Positions 12,701 through 26,255 are shown, counted from the stretch's first letter. The stretch: 64,000 nt of DNA from Oculina patagonica (GCF_052425735.1 NC_135763.1:37448001-37512000), one strand, 5' to 3'. Notes: generated from the sequence alone by a model not told the origin. Made by a program: numbers and translations.

Positions 12701-14657
12701 CCACCGAGATGCGACACAGTGACCACAACGCGGAGGGGACGGAGGAGGGAAGTGTCCGACGCAAGGGACTGGGCCCCCCGCGCGCCACAGACCCCACGCG
12801 ACCCCACACCCAGCCCCCGAGCAGCCCAGGGGGGAGACACACTGAGAGGAAGAGACCCGCAGCGCCCCGTCGCACAGTCGCCACGACCCGACGCCGCCCC
12901 CGGCCAGTACGCGCACCGCCTTTTTGAGAGCTCCCTCACACCTCTGCTCAATCTTGCACTGTTGCCTTTTCGTTAGTTTAAATTTGAATCTGTCCTCCAG
13001 CCTCTAGTGACTTTCCGGAGCTTAGACTCCCCCACAATGGTTTCGCTAGCCTTCACGCCCGCGTCTTGCCGCCCCTAATTTGGAACGATCTCAGTGAATA
13101 TCCCTCTGCAAGTTAGAAAGCCAGACCTTAAAGCTTTTCTCTTATCTACATTTTCTTAGCGTTTAATATCTTTGCGCAGAAAATTTCGCATTAAGTAAAT
13201 TATTTATTATTATTATTTATTATTATCAAATTTCAAAAGCACAAAAGAGTACAACCCTGTCACTGCTTTTTTTCATGCTGGTTTAATCAGAAAATTTAAG
13301 CAAGCCTGAAAAGAATTTTTTTCAGGCTTTTCAATTATGTTTTAAATCACTGTCTCCTTGACACAAGTGTTAAAGGAGAAGTTCACTCCAGAATGGCTTT
13401 ATTTTCTTTCGCAAATAAAAATTATACAAAGATATGTTATTCACCAAAATTTCAGCCTCCAACGTGCGCTATAACCCTACGAAATCTTTTTCAAAGACAA
13501 CTGATGCCGCCATCTTGGAGCTGGTAATGTATGCGTGACGTCAAAGAACTCAGCCTGAAGTTTGGCGGGAAAATTTAAATACTCGAAACTCCTTGTTTCT
13601 TCGTAGTGGCTTTTGTTTGTCAAAATGCCTGTTTGTGCAGCTCCATTTTGCTCAAACAGAGCTCCATGAAATACAAAAATCAAGGAGTTTTGACTATTAA
13701 ATTTTTCCCGCTAAACTTCAGGCTGAGCTCTTTGACGCACGCATAATTACCAGCTCCAAGATTGCGGCGCATGCATGGGAAAAGAGGTAATTGGCTAAAA
13801 TTGGTGAATGTATGTGTATTTTTATGGCGTAAAGAAAATAAATGACAATTCTGGAGTGAACTTCTCCTTTAAGTGCTTATTGTTTTATTTTCAGGCTTTT
13901 GGAGCTCCTATAATTGTTGCACATGTCAATGGCAAACCTCACATGTATTTCGGATCTGACAGATTCCTGTTGTTATCTCATTTGTTAGGTAAGTGATCAA
14001 CAGTACTATGGAGTTCTTTATTTAACCAGGTCTCTTTTAATCAAATGGGTAGTTGATTTTTTGCATCCTTTCAACACTGCTGTAACTGCCAAAACATGCT
14101 ATGTGCCTCAGACTACATGATAACAGTGCAACTTATTCTGTAATATTTAGCCTAGTGGCAAAGAGCAAAGAAGTTACGATAAAATTGTAAAAACCTCACT
14201 TAGCAAGTATTGAACTTTGAATTTTCTGGTCTCAATGAAAGCTCTATTTACCCCCTCCCCTGTCTCTTTCAGGCCCCATTTCTAATGTGTCTAACCCACC
14301 AAGCTACTTTAATAACAGTGTTTTAGGAGTTCCTGATCCCCCATGAATTTTTTATTTGTTCCATTTTTGTTAAAATGTATTATCATTAAACAGAAGTAAA
14401 AATTTAAAAGTCTCCAAAACCTATTTTATGTGCACGGTTAGCTGACTTATAATTTGCCCTCTCCTCCAATCTTTTTACAAGCTCTTGAAGCGAAATAAGC
14501 TCCCTCCCCCTGCGGTTGCTGACTGTTGTGGGGGGGGGGGGGATGAGCTTTAGGTGTTTTGTTTTTAGAATGATTTCATTTTCTCATCCTGTTTTCGCCT
14601 TTTTTTTCAGGAGTAAAATGGGAAGGACCACTGACGTCTCAAAACTCCAAACTCTAA
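6023..14657 (+). CDS. GSTK1: Glutathione S-transferase kappa 1 with C-terminal PTS1 (SKL)
   Basis: Exons 6023-6094, 7400-7481, 7588-7688, 9344-9371, 11150-11250, 11404-11439, 12078-12194, 13895-13988, 14611-14657. Motifs [40 protein letters not shown]; ends SQNSKL. Confidence 0.95.
6221..6491. mobile_element. MITE with ~30-bp TIR in GSTK1 intron 1
   Basis: atgcacctatcaatggtttgccccagga ... tcctggggcaaaccattgataggtgcat. Confidence 0.75.
7831..8804. mobile_element. Non-autonomous DNA transposon with ~155-bp imperfect TIRs, nested in an older AGCCTGGTTC-ended element (~7763-9093)
   Basis: ttgaagagctctggagaagaa...gaatttctggctaaatcgaacatt pairs with aatgttcgaattagccagaaattc...ttcttctccggagctcttcaa. 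The outer element has tgcttgtgctt subrepeats. Confidence 0.75.
9455..10832 (+). repeat. Tandem array of ~250-bp units with a tRNA-Thr(GGT)-like head in GSTK1 intron 4; central part garbled
   Basis: The best unit, 9665-9738, folds as a cloverleaf (GGCTTCA/TGAAGCC, GCTC/GAGC, ACGGG/CCCGT). The unit recurs near 9460, 9910, 10080 and 10670. Confidence 0.8.
11735..11910. mobile_element. TA-flanked MITE (CAGTTGAATC TIR)
   Basis: TA-cagttgaatccc...gagattcaactg-TA with ttcgagtta subrepeats. Confidence 0.7.
12253..13259. mobile_element. CAGGGTT-terminal MITE with gtcatggaa subrepeats and 5-bp TSD (TCACT), interrupted by ~530 bp of unrelated sequence
   Basis: tcact|cagggttcgtac ... gtacaaccctg|tcact. 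A sister copy lies inverted at 25454-25829. Confidence 0.7.
13374..13868. mobile_element. Kolobok-like MITE (TTAA TSD, AGG termini)
   Basis: TTAA|aggagaagttcactccagaat ... attctggagtgaacttctcct|TTAA, with an internal ~80-bp inverted repeat (13510-13590 and 13685-13765). Confidence 0.75.
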
Positions 14658-16064
14658 AGTAACAGAAATTTTGTACATGTACTACTTTATAAATTTTGTC
14701 GCTACAGTCCTGTGTATTGGTGGAACCAAGAATCTTGCTGGAAAAAAAAGAAACAGCAGCTTTGTTACCAGAGAGCAACTGAACTGTTTTATTTATCGTA
14801 ATACATACGAAGCAAACTTCTTTCCTCTAACAGTGAAACACATTGTACTGTAAATTCAATCTATTGTTCTATCTGAGGATTTTCCAAAGTTCTCAACCAA
14901 TCAAAAGACCAGCAGAGCTCTGCACGTGCAAAAATGCGTTGACATGTAGCGAGATGACGTCTTCGCGTCCCGTGATACCAGCTTGTGTTTTGATTGGGCG
15001 AGCAACTAAGAAACCAACAAAAACAAATTTCACAAGTTGTTCACTTATATCAAAGTGTGTGTCGCCTAACCTTAACGTCTAGTTTATCATTGTTACAGTT
15101 GTAGTAAAAGCATTTTGAAAATGTTAGTGGTTTGGAGGTAGACTTGAAAATAGAATAGTTTGTTAATGTAACGTTATGTAAGTTACGGCAAAGAAATACT
15201 GACAATAAAAAAATTCTTCAAAACACTGCTGGTTGGAACTGTTGTTATTGCACAATTGAGCTTACAAACCATCATTTATCATGTTCTTCCATCTCTGTTC
15301 AAGACATCTCGTGTTATTTACATATTAATTTTGTTGCAAGCGCTATAAACTCTATTGTTACTAAAAAAGAAAAAAAATCGACAAATAAAACTAGACATTC
15401 GGCACACATTTATACAAGTTTCTTCGACATCGTTTCTGACGCAAACATATCGGTAATAGTACAACATTCAAGATCCCGGTTTAACAGTCGATCTTTTCTC
15501 GACGCAACAAGCTTGTCTTTTAATACATTGTATCTTTTTTTTTCTCCTCGTCTCCTACATAAAATGGAAACTATATCGTACTCCTCAAGTACGGTATGAA
15601 GATTATCTGATTGTGCAGCCGGCTTTGTTAAGGGTAGACTTCGAAGGGAACCGCTCAGAGGAAGTTTAAAAGGCCAATTCCGATATATTAAAATTCTAAC
15701 TAGGCTCCGAGGCTCGTGGGATTAATTAAAATAATAAAACATTTTATTTCATCCCTCGACTTCGTTATGATTTATTTTTTGGTTTAATTCTCCCAAGCCT
15801 CGAAGTCAAGTTGGAATCTTAATGTATCGGAACAGGCCTATTTATACTTCAACGTTAATAATTTGTCAGAGTCTGTATTGCACTTTCTAAAACTACCGGT
15901 CGGGTGTTTACTTTATACGTTCGTTCGACTTTGATAAATTCCTTCTAGTCCAAATAGGAGAATAGCTTTGAAATAATCGCACGCTAATTAAAGGAAGGGA
16001 CATATCTTGTTGGAGTGCTCAGAGAAATCATGGCCTGTGAGGGGCTCAGGGGAAAGAGGATGCG

Positions 16065-19000
16065 TCAGTACTGGTGATAAGAAGGCTTGATAACCAATCG
16101 TGGCGATTTGTACCCAGTGGGGAGGGGTGAAATGCTGTTTGGTTGCATACGAGTGACGTTATGATCAGCGCCAGACCTCCTCCAATCAGCAGGTATGTCG
16201 GGACTGATTGATTTTCTGCGACCACCCTCCTCGCTGGTCTGTGATTTGGTTTCCATGTCTTCAAGTTCAATGGCGAGCGACTTTCTGCGTTTTTTCTCCG
16301 GTGTAACCGTAAGCGAGTCCATGTTTAAACTCTTTGCGCTCTGCACAAAACTTCCATTTGTTTCTTGATGCGTCGTAGGCCTAGGAATCTCGGATTTTCG
16401 TCTCGATGTTGTCGCTTCCTTTTGCTTTTTCTTTTTCTGTGTTTCATCTGGACTCACGGACGTGCGTCGCTTTGTTTCTGGTTCGACAATGTCTACACGT
16501 AGCTGTTTCGTTTTGTCATCCGCCATTTCATCTTCACCCGACGCCTCAGAATCTTCTAATTTCTCTTTCTTTCTCTCCCTGTCCTTGCGTTTCTTTTTCT
16601 TCTTTTCCTTCTTTTCTTTCTCTTGTGACACTGCTGAGGGTCTTCGCTGGATCTCAGGCGTGGCTGGTGTGACATTCATCCCTGCAACACTCGCAGAAAG
16701 AGTCGCCATTACTTCTTCTAACGAATCATCAGAATCGACTGTCTTTTTCTTAGCTTCTTTCTTAGTCTTCTGCTTTTTCTTCTTCTTTTTGTTATCATCG
16801 GCAACTATGCCATTCTTATGTCCATTGTCCAGCGCGATGGTTGTACCATTCATCTTTTTCCAGATATCTTCAGAACGTTCCCTTTGTTCGACATCTACGA
16901 TTGCGGACTTTCTGCGTTCGTTCAAAGGCGTGGCCGATGTTGAATTTATCTTCTTTTGCTTTCTACCAGAGCCTTCCCCGTCTTCACCGCTCGCACCAAT
17001 GGAAATGGACTTCCTATGTGTACCGGCAGGCGTGATTGACCGTCCATTTCTGTTCTTGCCAGATGCTTCATTTTCATCAACATCCAATCCTTCCTTATCA
17101 ACAAATATTGTACCATTTTCTAAAGCCGAAGCTTTAGATGCTCTTTTTCCTCTCGTGTAAGTATCTTTCGGCGTAGCAATTTTTCTATCATTTTCCGTTG
17201 CGTCTGTAATTGATTTTCTTCTCTTCTCTCCTTCTGCAACTTGTACCGTAAGAGATTTCTGAGGAGCCTTAACGTCTATCGCAGAATTTTTCCGTGTGCC
17301 TTTGTTTTCGTTTAGTGGCGTTATGGAAGATCTCCTGTTAGGTTTCTCAGCATTCGCGGCTGACAAAAAACTTTTACTTTTCTTCTGTTTATCTTGCTTT
17401 TTGGGGTTCTTTTCCTTCTTCACTGGCAAGAAAACTGTTTGTTCTCCTGCGTCCAAGCTTAAATCAGAAGAAATTATAGATCCTTTTCGTTCTTCTTGAA
17501 CATCACTCTTGACGGAAAGCTTTGCGCTACCATTAGCGAGACTTGGAGACTTTGGCTTCCTTCGCATTCTATTTCCCGCACGATTAGTTTCCTCCATGTA
17601 AACCATCGTGCTGTCCTCAATATAACCAGAATTTCTAATCCCTTTCGAGAAATGCGAGCCCGTACTTGAAGGCCGAAGTGCTCGTTCGTCATCGCTGTTT
17701 AAAATGTCGCTCAAATTTTCGTCATCACCAAGATTAACCACGCTTGCACTGTCGATGCTCCGCCTATCATCCCCAATATCAGAGCCGTCGTCGTCCAAAA
17801 TGAGTCTCGGCGGAGTCCTCTGGTTATGCAGCTCGGTTGGTTTATACGCTGGTACGAGCGACCTCGCTGGGAAGCCTGGGGAGGACCAGTCGTGGTGCTG
17901 CTTCGTAGCCTCGTCATTACTTCGAGGGAAGCTGCCTGTTGTGAACGCGCTCCCATTGGCTGATGAATGAAAGAATAACATTGAAGGGCTTTAGCAGCAA
18001 GACATAAAAGAACGTCACTCAATAAATGCATTTAAATTCCACATGCAATTTTTTTAGGGTTTTTCCTTTCCAAAATTTGGACTGCTCTACCGTGTGATGT
18101 TGAGTGGTACGCGTGTACTATACGCTGAAATGTCAAATAAGATATACTTACTGTTTGAAATTAAGCATTGAGTCAGTTTTACTTAGGGTTTCAGTAGAAA
18201 ATTTTTCAGTTTTCATGTATTGTTAAGGTAAAATGTATGAATGAACCAGGTAGCTATTTAATGGTGGGTTGATGGTGTAGTCCTAGCGAATCACTGAGTA
18301 TCTCTTAGAGTATCTCCTAATTCATGTATGGATTCGGAGATACTCTTTCGCGAACATCACAAATTCATTCATTGCTATAACAATAACAATAAAAAAATTT
18401 TTCCACTACTTCATGTATGCACATACCATGTGACGCCCGGTCGTTTTCCTCCATCGCCTCCATGATTTTTTGCTGCTTAGTAAGTTGCTGGGATCTATTT
18501 TTATCCACGCGATCACTGTTAATTGGCGTGAACTTCTTTCTTGAAAGAAGCCAGGAATGTTTAATAAACTTCCAGAGAACACAGAGAGTAATCAACCCCC
18601 CAAAGGCAGCCGCGGCGTAGATCATGGGCTTTAAGTCTACTACAAGTGGAGGCATGTCTTCTGTTGGGGGAGCGGGTTTGGGCTTGGGTGTGGGCGCCTC
18701 GTGAAGACTATATGAACTATCCTCCATGGCAGATAGCATGAACGAGGAGGTAATAACACGCCCATCCCATAATGGGATAACAAGGGAGTTGTTGAGTTGA
18801 AGCTGTCTTAGTAACTCCAGAGAAATTTCGAGGCTTGTGACATTCTTTCCATACATTGTCATGTTTGCGGACATGCTGTTGCACGTCAGATCAATCGTTG
18901 TACCGCGGTACGAGTTGTAAGAGTTATCTTTGGTATTTGTTTTCTTGGTCTTTCCGCCCTTCATTCTTCCTCCCACAGCCAAGCGCTTTGCGCGGTGATG

Positions 19001-22000
19001 AGCCCTGATACCCGGCACGTCGACCCCGCAGTAAGGCCGCTGACCAGTCGCGCAGCTGGTGTCAGTGACTGTGACCTGATCCAGTGGCATGCCGGTCAGG
19101 CTGTTTATTCCTTGTTTCAGCGAGTTATTCAACTTGTCTTCTTCGTTTGAAAACTGACTGCATTCCAGTACAAACACAAGCAGCATTCTAAAGTATGTGG
19201 TTGGCTGTACAATTTTTTGCACAACTGACGCAGCTGTGGAGAGAGAGAAAATTATGTGGGAGAAAAAAAATTTTCGAGACAAATTGTGGGATAGGAACGA
19301 TGAACGTCGCTGAACAGAAGGTGGGGAGGTGGGAAGCCCGAATAATGGCAAAACTCATTCAGCAAAATAAGACAGTAATAAGAGCGCGGAGAAGTTAAGA
19401 TAAGATAAAGTTTTGTGGCCACTCCGGCAAAAAATAGTTATCTTCTTTGCACTTTTATGTAACCATTCACTTATAGTTATCATTGGAAATTTTATAATCA
19501 CGATATCCACTGATAAACTCCCACCTTCATGATCACATTCTATTTTGCAGTCCATAAATGACTTATATTATGGACTCCTACTGGCTGAGTTAGGTTTTTC
19601 ACAACAAATAGGGAGTTTATGTATTACCTGATGTGCTGGGAGTTGTGTTGTTGCACTTGTTACAGCAGTATCTTGAGTCCAGCGGGCAAACACAGCAGCT
19701 CCACTGTGTTGCATTTTCATTCGTTGCCCCGGTTAAGTTTGCAAAAGTCTGCTGATCCAGGCTATTGCAGGCGGCACTGTTCTGTGCCGCTGTACATTTG
19801 CATATATTGTTTTCCACAAGGCACGGCCTGCTGGAAAGCGTGCTGTTACATGCATCCTAGGAAAAGAACAGGTAAAATGTTAAGTCTGCGTGTGAGCCAA
19901 GTGGCTCATCTAGCCGAAGCTGATCGGTTTCCATAGTATGAAGCGACTATGAGTATTTCTACTCCCCTCTCGATGGGATGCTAGTCCATCGCAGGGTTAC
20001 CCCCCCAGCAGTAAATTCGCCGGTCCCCATTTATACACCTGGGTGGAGTGAAGCACTACGAGAGTAAAGTGTCTTGCCCAAGAACACAGCACAATGACGC
20101 CGGCCAAGGCTCGAACCCTGGATTGCTCGATCCAGAGTCCAACGCGCTAACCACTGCTCCTCCCATCAGAAAAAAAAGAACAACTGGTTAACAAATGTTG
20201 ATCCACAATGCAAACATCAAAACTGTACGCCATCGATAGATATCCTTGTTTTACTCTTTTCCGCTGACATAAAATAATAGCGATGTTGTTTAATCGTGTT
20301 TCTCAGTCCAGTTCTAGTTCGACAGCCTGACATTGTTAATAAAGCGGGGAGTACAAGTCTTTTTAAGCCTCAGATTTTTTATTTATTTATTCAATATTTC
20401 TTTTTTTTCTCGAGTTTTCGACTGTACAAAACTACATGGCAATGAAAAGTAAACTAAAAACATCTTGCATCTCTCGGTTATCATCAGGTAAAGTGCCAGT
20501 GAGTAAAACACAATTCATACTTTGTATTTTTTGACAAAGCAGGCAGAAATATTGATATCTTTCATATCTACTTATGCGACTTTTTTCATGCCCAGTTATT
20601 AGGACTTTTTAATCTTTTGGAAAAGAGTGCAAAGTGTTTTGCCTGTTATTTCCAATGTGACAACTTTGTAAACTTAAATAAACATCTTCGGCCCGCGTTT
20701 TAAAAAGGCGTTCGTGCTACTGTACATGTGCTATAAACACTCAGAGTATCTTCAGTGGTCGCGCCAAAACCATGTCGCACTCAATACGACGGAGTCACTT
20801 CATCGCCAGCAATCTGTTTTCGCTAGAAAAAAGCTCAGTTTAAGGTTACTATTGCCATTTAATTTATATAGCTTTATTGGAAGCAAGCCAGTCAAAATTC
20901 TTAACGTTTCTATCGTAGAACGAACGTGAAAAAAAGATGAAAACATTTAGAACAAATTAAAGCAAAACTAATTGTCTTCGAAATTTTTTCTAGTAAGGTG
21001 TTAAAAGATTATCTTAGCTTTGTTTCGCACAAGATATTGGCTCCGAACTTGATTGAGTTTTCGGGCCAGATAACCAGAACGGAATAAACCTTATTAAAAA
21101 TTTATACATGCTACATTATCTTGTCATAACAATACGATTGTATTTTTAAATAATGAAATGAGGAAAAACAAGGTTATCCAGCGAAATCCATAAGGATCCG
21201 TTTTTAAAGTCTTTCGTATTCAAAGTTTTCCTTCCTTTCAACCAAAAAATAAATGGGCTTTGGTGTACCTTAGGGTGTTGAAAATAATTAAAAAGTCAAA
21301 ATACTGAATTTATTTACCTTTAGCTAATAATGGAATTCAACGTGTGTAACAAGGAACTCTGTAAAAGCAGCGAGCGGGATTAATTATCAAAAATTCGTCA
21401 ATATACGACTAAACAAGAAGCATTCTTATTCAAAATTCTTATTCAAATAAAAAATTTATAAGCTCCCTCGTTTTCTCGTGGACAAAAAAAGATTGTTTCT
21501 CTTACGATTATTAAACGCATCTACTTTAATATGATGCTTTTAGGTTCAGTTTCGCAGTAATAATTTTAATATTCATTTACCAGAAAATGCCCTGTAATCC
21601 ATTACATTTATCTCCTTTATCTGGAAACCTGACCGCCAATTAGTAGCAGTAATAAAGCCAAAAATAAAAACATAAAATGACTTCTCGTTTATTTCAATTG
21701 CATATTGTTTTATTCTTTTAAATTAATTTAACCACGCTTTCGCGGTCGCCATTCTAATGGAAATGATCTGGCATTTTTCAGTAGACAAAAGTCTCCTAAA
21801 TTTAATTTTCACTTATCCGCTTTTCACTTCAACGAAATATTTTTCTGGATACTATTTTAGCGAAGATACGATAAAATCAGCTTTGTTTCGTAACAACGCT
21901 GTTAATTCACTGTTATTACAATCATGGTAATCTTATGTACATTTTATTGAAACTTTACTACAATTCAGTGAGTACAATAAACTGATAACCGACTTTTTAA

Positions 22001-23110
22001 ATTTTTGAATTTTAAACACGCATTTTCGCTGAACTGAGTGGATTTCTACCTAACTTCATAAATTTTTAGTGCAACAATCGAACGAGGCATGCCAAATATT
22101 CACCCATTTTAAGTTTCAAATTCTATAATTGCTTTACGACCATAAAATGGTATTCGTTTCTCCTCGTTAATAAGCTGCCTTTGTTTTACAAACACGAAAA
22201 AAGAGAGAAAAATGTTTCGTTCTCATAACAACAAATTGTTCGTCTGTATAGCAACGAAAAATTTCTTTTGCTGCCCGAGTAAAGAAACTGTCAAACAGAT
22301 AAGAATATTTGTATTTATCATGAATAAATTTTCGACTTGTGTTTTAAATGAAGTGGAAATATTGAAGTTCGCGTTTAATTTGTATAATGATTTAACTCCG
22401 AGTTTCGCGCCCTTAAATTTATCGCGATTATGTTTCAGAGAAGATTAACTGTTTCGTTTTCAACTCTACCCAAGAAACGTTTACCATAACATCATTTGTA
22501 AACAGATATATATATAGAAAGCAAATCGCCTAGATTTCACAATATCGGCAGTCCCATTGTTACAGTATAAATTCGGCATATTCTGTCGATACAATTCGAA
22601 GAAAGGTTATTTAACAATTTTTTATGAAGTAAAAAATATATATGCCTGAACGCTTAAAACAGATCGTATGTATCAAATGGTTAATATATATGAAGATATG
22701 TGAAAAAATGCTATTTTCAGAGTGCTCAATCCTTTTGTATCCAAGATGTTTGTTTTTGTCGCCAGCAAGCTCGCTTTATTTAATTCGTTAATTCTCCAGA
22801 TTTAGGGATTAAAAAGGCTTCGTTTATCCCTCGAGGAAAAAAAAGAGAATATATTAAAGAATATCACAGTATATACCTGAGGACATGCATAGAATACTCC
22901 CGAATCTAACGCTAAACATCCCGAGAATAACATGAGCATCACACCTAAAAATGAAAAGACAATTTCGCTCGCTTAGTAAAGAAAATAGAAATTAATCCTT
23001 AAATCGTTGTTTCTTTGATTCGATTTTTGTGTAAAAAATAAATAAATGACAACCTAGCAATCCCACTAACCGTGTAATAGAACTTGGCTTGAACATCGCC
23101 GTCCAAACAT
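16065..23110 (-). CDS. Uncharacterised ~1012-aa type I single-pass membrane protein: signal peptide, Cys-rich ectodomain, furin-type site, TM helix, long disordered basic tail
   Basis: Exons 23110-23071, 22944-22877, 19856-19628, 19233-18427, 17959-16065 join in phase (3039 nt). N-terminus MFGRRCSSQVLLHGVMLMLFSGCLA; TM MIYAAAAFGGLITLCVLW followed by KFIK. The first exon is the least certain. Confidence 0.75.
19890..20160 (-). mobile_element. tRNA-derived SINE with a CORE-like central domain
   Basis: Minus strand reads agtggttagcgcgttggactc...ggttcgagcc (A/B boxes), then ttcttgggcaagacactttactc...tgtataaatggg. A degraded relative lies near 3690-3850. Confidence 0.7.
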
Positions 23111-25065
23111 GATTCCGCCGCGAAATGGCAAATGTTCAATTGTGTAGGTCAGTTAGAGTGCGCCATCCGGCATGGTTACGGGTTTAATTTCCCTTCTCTC
23201 AGACGCTCTGATTACCAACCGGTTACTTTAGATGGTGCGAAATAAATGCGATATTTTGGGTTTCGTCCAAACGAAATTAAATTCCCAGTTTCTATGGCCT
23301 TTCATTGGCTGTGAAAACGGCAAATCACGAATAAACTAGTAATACGTGACTCGCAGGGCTCGCGAAGCTCTGGGTTGGGGGGGGGGGGGGGGGGGTAATA
23401 GGTTTTAAGCGAATGAAGTTTTGTGGGAGTGCAATATTGCGCTCCGTCGATGACGCCTTGTCATTGGCTAATGAACTTATTTGGACTGAAGAGGGCGCAC
23501 CTGCAGAAGCCATCCGACATCAGAAGGTTTTCTTGTCATTTTTTTCACCAGGTGTACAAATATGAAACAGTCTCACTTCGCTTTTATCCTGTCGATGAAC
23601 GCTCACAAAACTCAATAACGTCACGCAGAGACTAAAGGTCTTGGTTTTTTTAATCTGAAAATCTTGGGTTTTAATTGAACATTTTGTGTCCTATCTTTCT
23701 CCCTGCTGATATCATTGTTAAGAGAGCTTTTGAATATTGACACTTGCCTGTCACCACTGCTTTTGATAGGTTTCCAAATCTAGGCCAATCTTTGTCTAAA
23801 CCCAATTAATCGTCTGAAATTGAATGGCTTCGTTATCCATCTTTCCAAGTAAATACCATAAAGGGGTCTGAAATGTTTCCATTTTCGTTTAGACACGAAA
23901 ATGGACTGACCAAACAGAGTATTTAGTGATCTCGCCGCACCGTCATTATAAATTTTACGAAACACTGCTAATGCTCCGATTAGTAATTAAGGTTTCAATC
24001 AATTTCCTGTCCCAGCTTACTTCAAATCTGACGCAGTTTGAGAAGTGGCTCAGATCTTGAAGGATAAAAGGTTATATTGATTATAAACCAAGACTTTTGT
24101 ACTCCGGCGGATTGTAATATGGGTGAAGCAACAAAAAACTTGAAATTTCATGAGAGGTACTACAGCAAGAGAAATACTGCACGTGGATTGGCTAGATTTG
24201 CGCCCGACTTCAAAGCGATAGATTTGCGCTATATCATGTATGGATATTGCAATATTACGTCTATCAAAGGCAAAATTGGGCAACGGTAATGTATCTGTTT
24301 AAACAAAAATTCTTTGCTAGACTCGTTAATTGCACTTTAATTTACTTGAAAACCGATGTCGCACTCTTCGCTTCGCAAATTATGTGACATCGTTTTTATT
24401 TTGGGGTGCAATTTAATGTGGAATTGATTCATTAGGTTTCGAACGCGATTGAATGGCTATAAAACTCTCTATACTGCAGCACACATTTATACAATTTACT
24501 GCTTTCTAATTGCAACAATAGTCCTGAAATTGCAATGTAATTAACGACGATATATTAAAGACTTCACCAAGAGTACACCGCTTTCTATGGTGCGAGACAA
24601 TAGTTGCAGCAATAATAGCAAACGCCAAAAGCTGACCAAAGCAAGAGAGGTTAATTTCTCTCCATGCCAAAATTCCGTTCCCTGCTCAAGATTTCACCGT
24701 AGTCAAACATTTTCAGGCAGCCTTTCTTTCAGTCTATTTCGGAGAGTCTCATTCATCTTGAAGTGTTGTGATGAGCAAGGATAGATTAAACAGTTGCTGA
24801 GTGTAAACATATACCCATTTCCTCAGGTAAAGGGGTGTCAGTTTTTAACTTTGTAAATGTTTTGACAAATGGCGCCGACAAGTCCTCATATTGCTATTTT
24901 CAAAAACATAGAACTTTTTTAGTTATGCTCCAAAAAAACTTAGTAAATCGTCAGGATACCGGTAATGTATCGAGCTTTGAACTGTTAAAATTAATTTTTT
25001 TTTTGCATCTTTCTTTTGTTTGACCGTACCGCGGTCGGGTTCAAGATACGCCTGTGTTCCACTTG

Positions 25066-25199
25066 AAAAATTCCATATTGATGACGTAGCTCTGTTGAGA
25101 TCCGTATAGTGACTCTGATTGGCTGTTGCTTAGTTACAACCAATCAGAGTCACTACGTGGATCTCAGCAGAGCTACGTCATCAGTATGGAATTTTTCAG
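25066..25199. repeat. Long hairpin palindrome with ~60-bp arms
   Basis: tgaaaaattccatattgatgacgtagctctg...gtgactctgattgg pairs with ccaatcagagtcac...cagagctacgtcatcagtatggaatttttca. Confidence 0.8.
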
Positions 25200-25453
25200 G
25201 TAGAATCTGAGACAAACAACAAAAAGAAGGCGGAGAGAGATTGTGGTCAGAAAAAAAAAACGGCCTAACCGACTAAAAGCTTCAAGCCTGGAAGGAAAGG
25301 GCTGCTGGACGTGCTGCATACTTATGAAAATATAACGACATCTCAAACGTAATTTTGCATGTTTCCTTCCCTTCAGACCAGCCCTATACCCACCTAGGGT
25401 TATGGCCATAAGACAATAAGACAAGACCTTCCCTTCAGACATGTGGGAACAAG

Positions 25454-25829
25454 CAGGGTTTGTACTCTTTTGAGCATTTGGAATTCCATGTCTTTCCATG
25501 ACCTTTTCCCAGTCTTTTCAAAGTTTTCCATGACCTAAATTTGACCATTTTCAGTCTTAGAAATTTTCAAACATTTTCTTGATTTCGGGTACATTTTTAC
25601 CCTTTTCTTCACAATAAAATAACCTGCCTAATATATTTTGAGCAATGAATACCATTTTTCCATGACTTTCCATGACCCAAACTTAAATTCTATGACTTTC
25701 CGGGCCTGGAAAATGAAATTAAAATGAAATTAAAAATGAAATTATAAAATTCCACGACTTTCCATGACTGCAAAATGAAATTCAAAAATACACGACTTCC
25801 CAGGTTTTCCAAGACCCGTACGAACCCTG
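25454..25829. mobile_element. CAGGGTT-terminal MITE, 5-bp TSD (ACAAG)
   Basis: acaag|cagggtttgtac ... gtacgaaccctg|acaag with ttccatgac subrepeats. Confidence 0.75.
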
Positions 25830-26255
25830 ACAAGGTACTTTTAGCCATGCTGAATCGAATTTTAGAAAAATTTCCAAACAAAAAGCGATGTAACAGTGAA
25901 CAAAAGCTAAGAAAAAAGGGCTCATAAGAGGTAAAAAGATATTACGGGAAAAATTATTATTTTAGTTTTTACACATTAAATAACCCTTTGTGTTCTGGAA
26001 AAGAAAAAAAAAAAAGGAAAAGAGAAACAGTGGCGATATAAACGATCGGTTGATTATATGAGAACCAGGCTTAACTGAAATAGCTGTAAATCACCGACCG
26101 CGTGTTTGCATTCCAATTCGACCCCAAAAAACGTAATAATGTAGTAAATCTACCGTATTCTCCCGCGCCACACGCAAGAGTTCAAAACAGCTCATTATTA
26201 AGTGTACGTGCGTGGCGGTCAAGTTCTTCTTTTACAATTTCGAGTCAATTTGGAC

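Noticed and set aside
16406-17970. Plus-strand ORFs such as 16462-17160
   Set aside because: Antisense shadows of the Lys/Glu-rich minus-strand exon.
23420-24800. Possible plus-strand gene (short ORFs and splice-like sites)
   Set aside because: No consistent phase-compatible exon chain and no recognisable motif.
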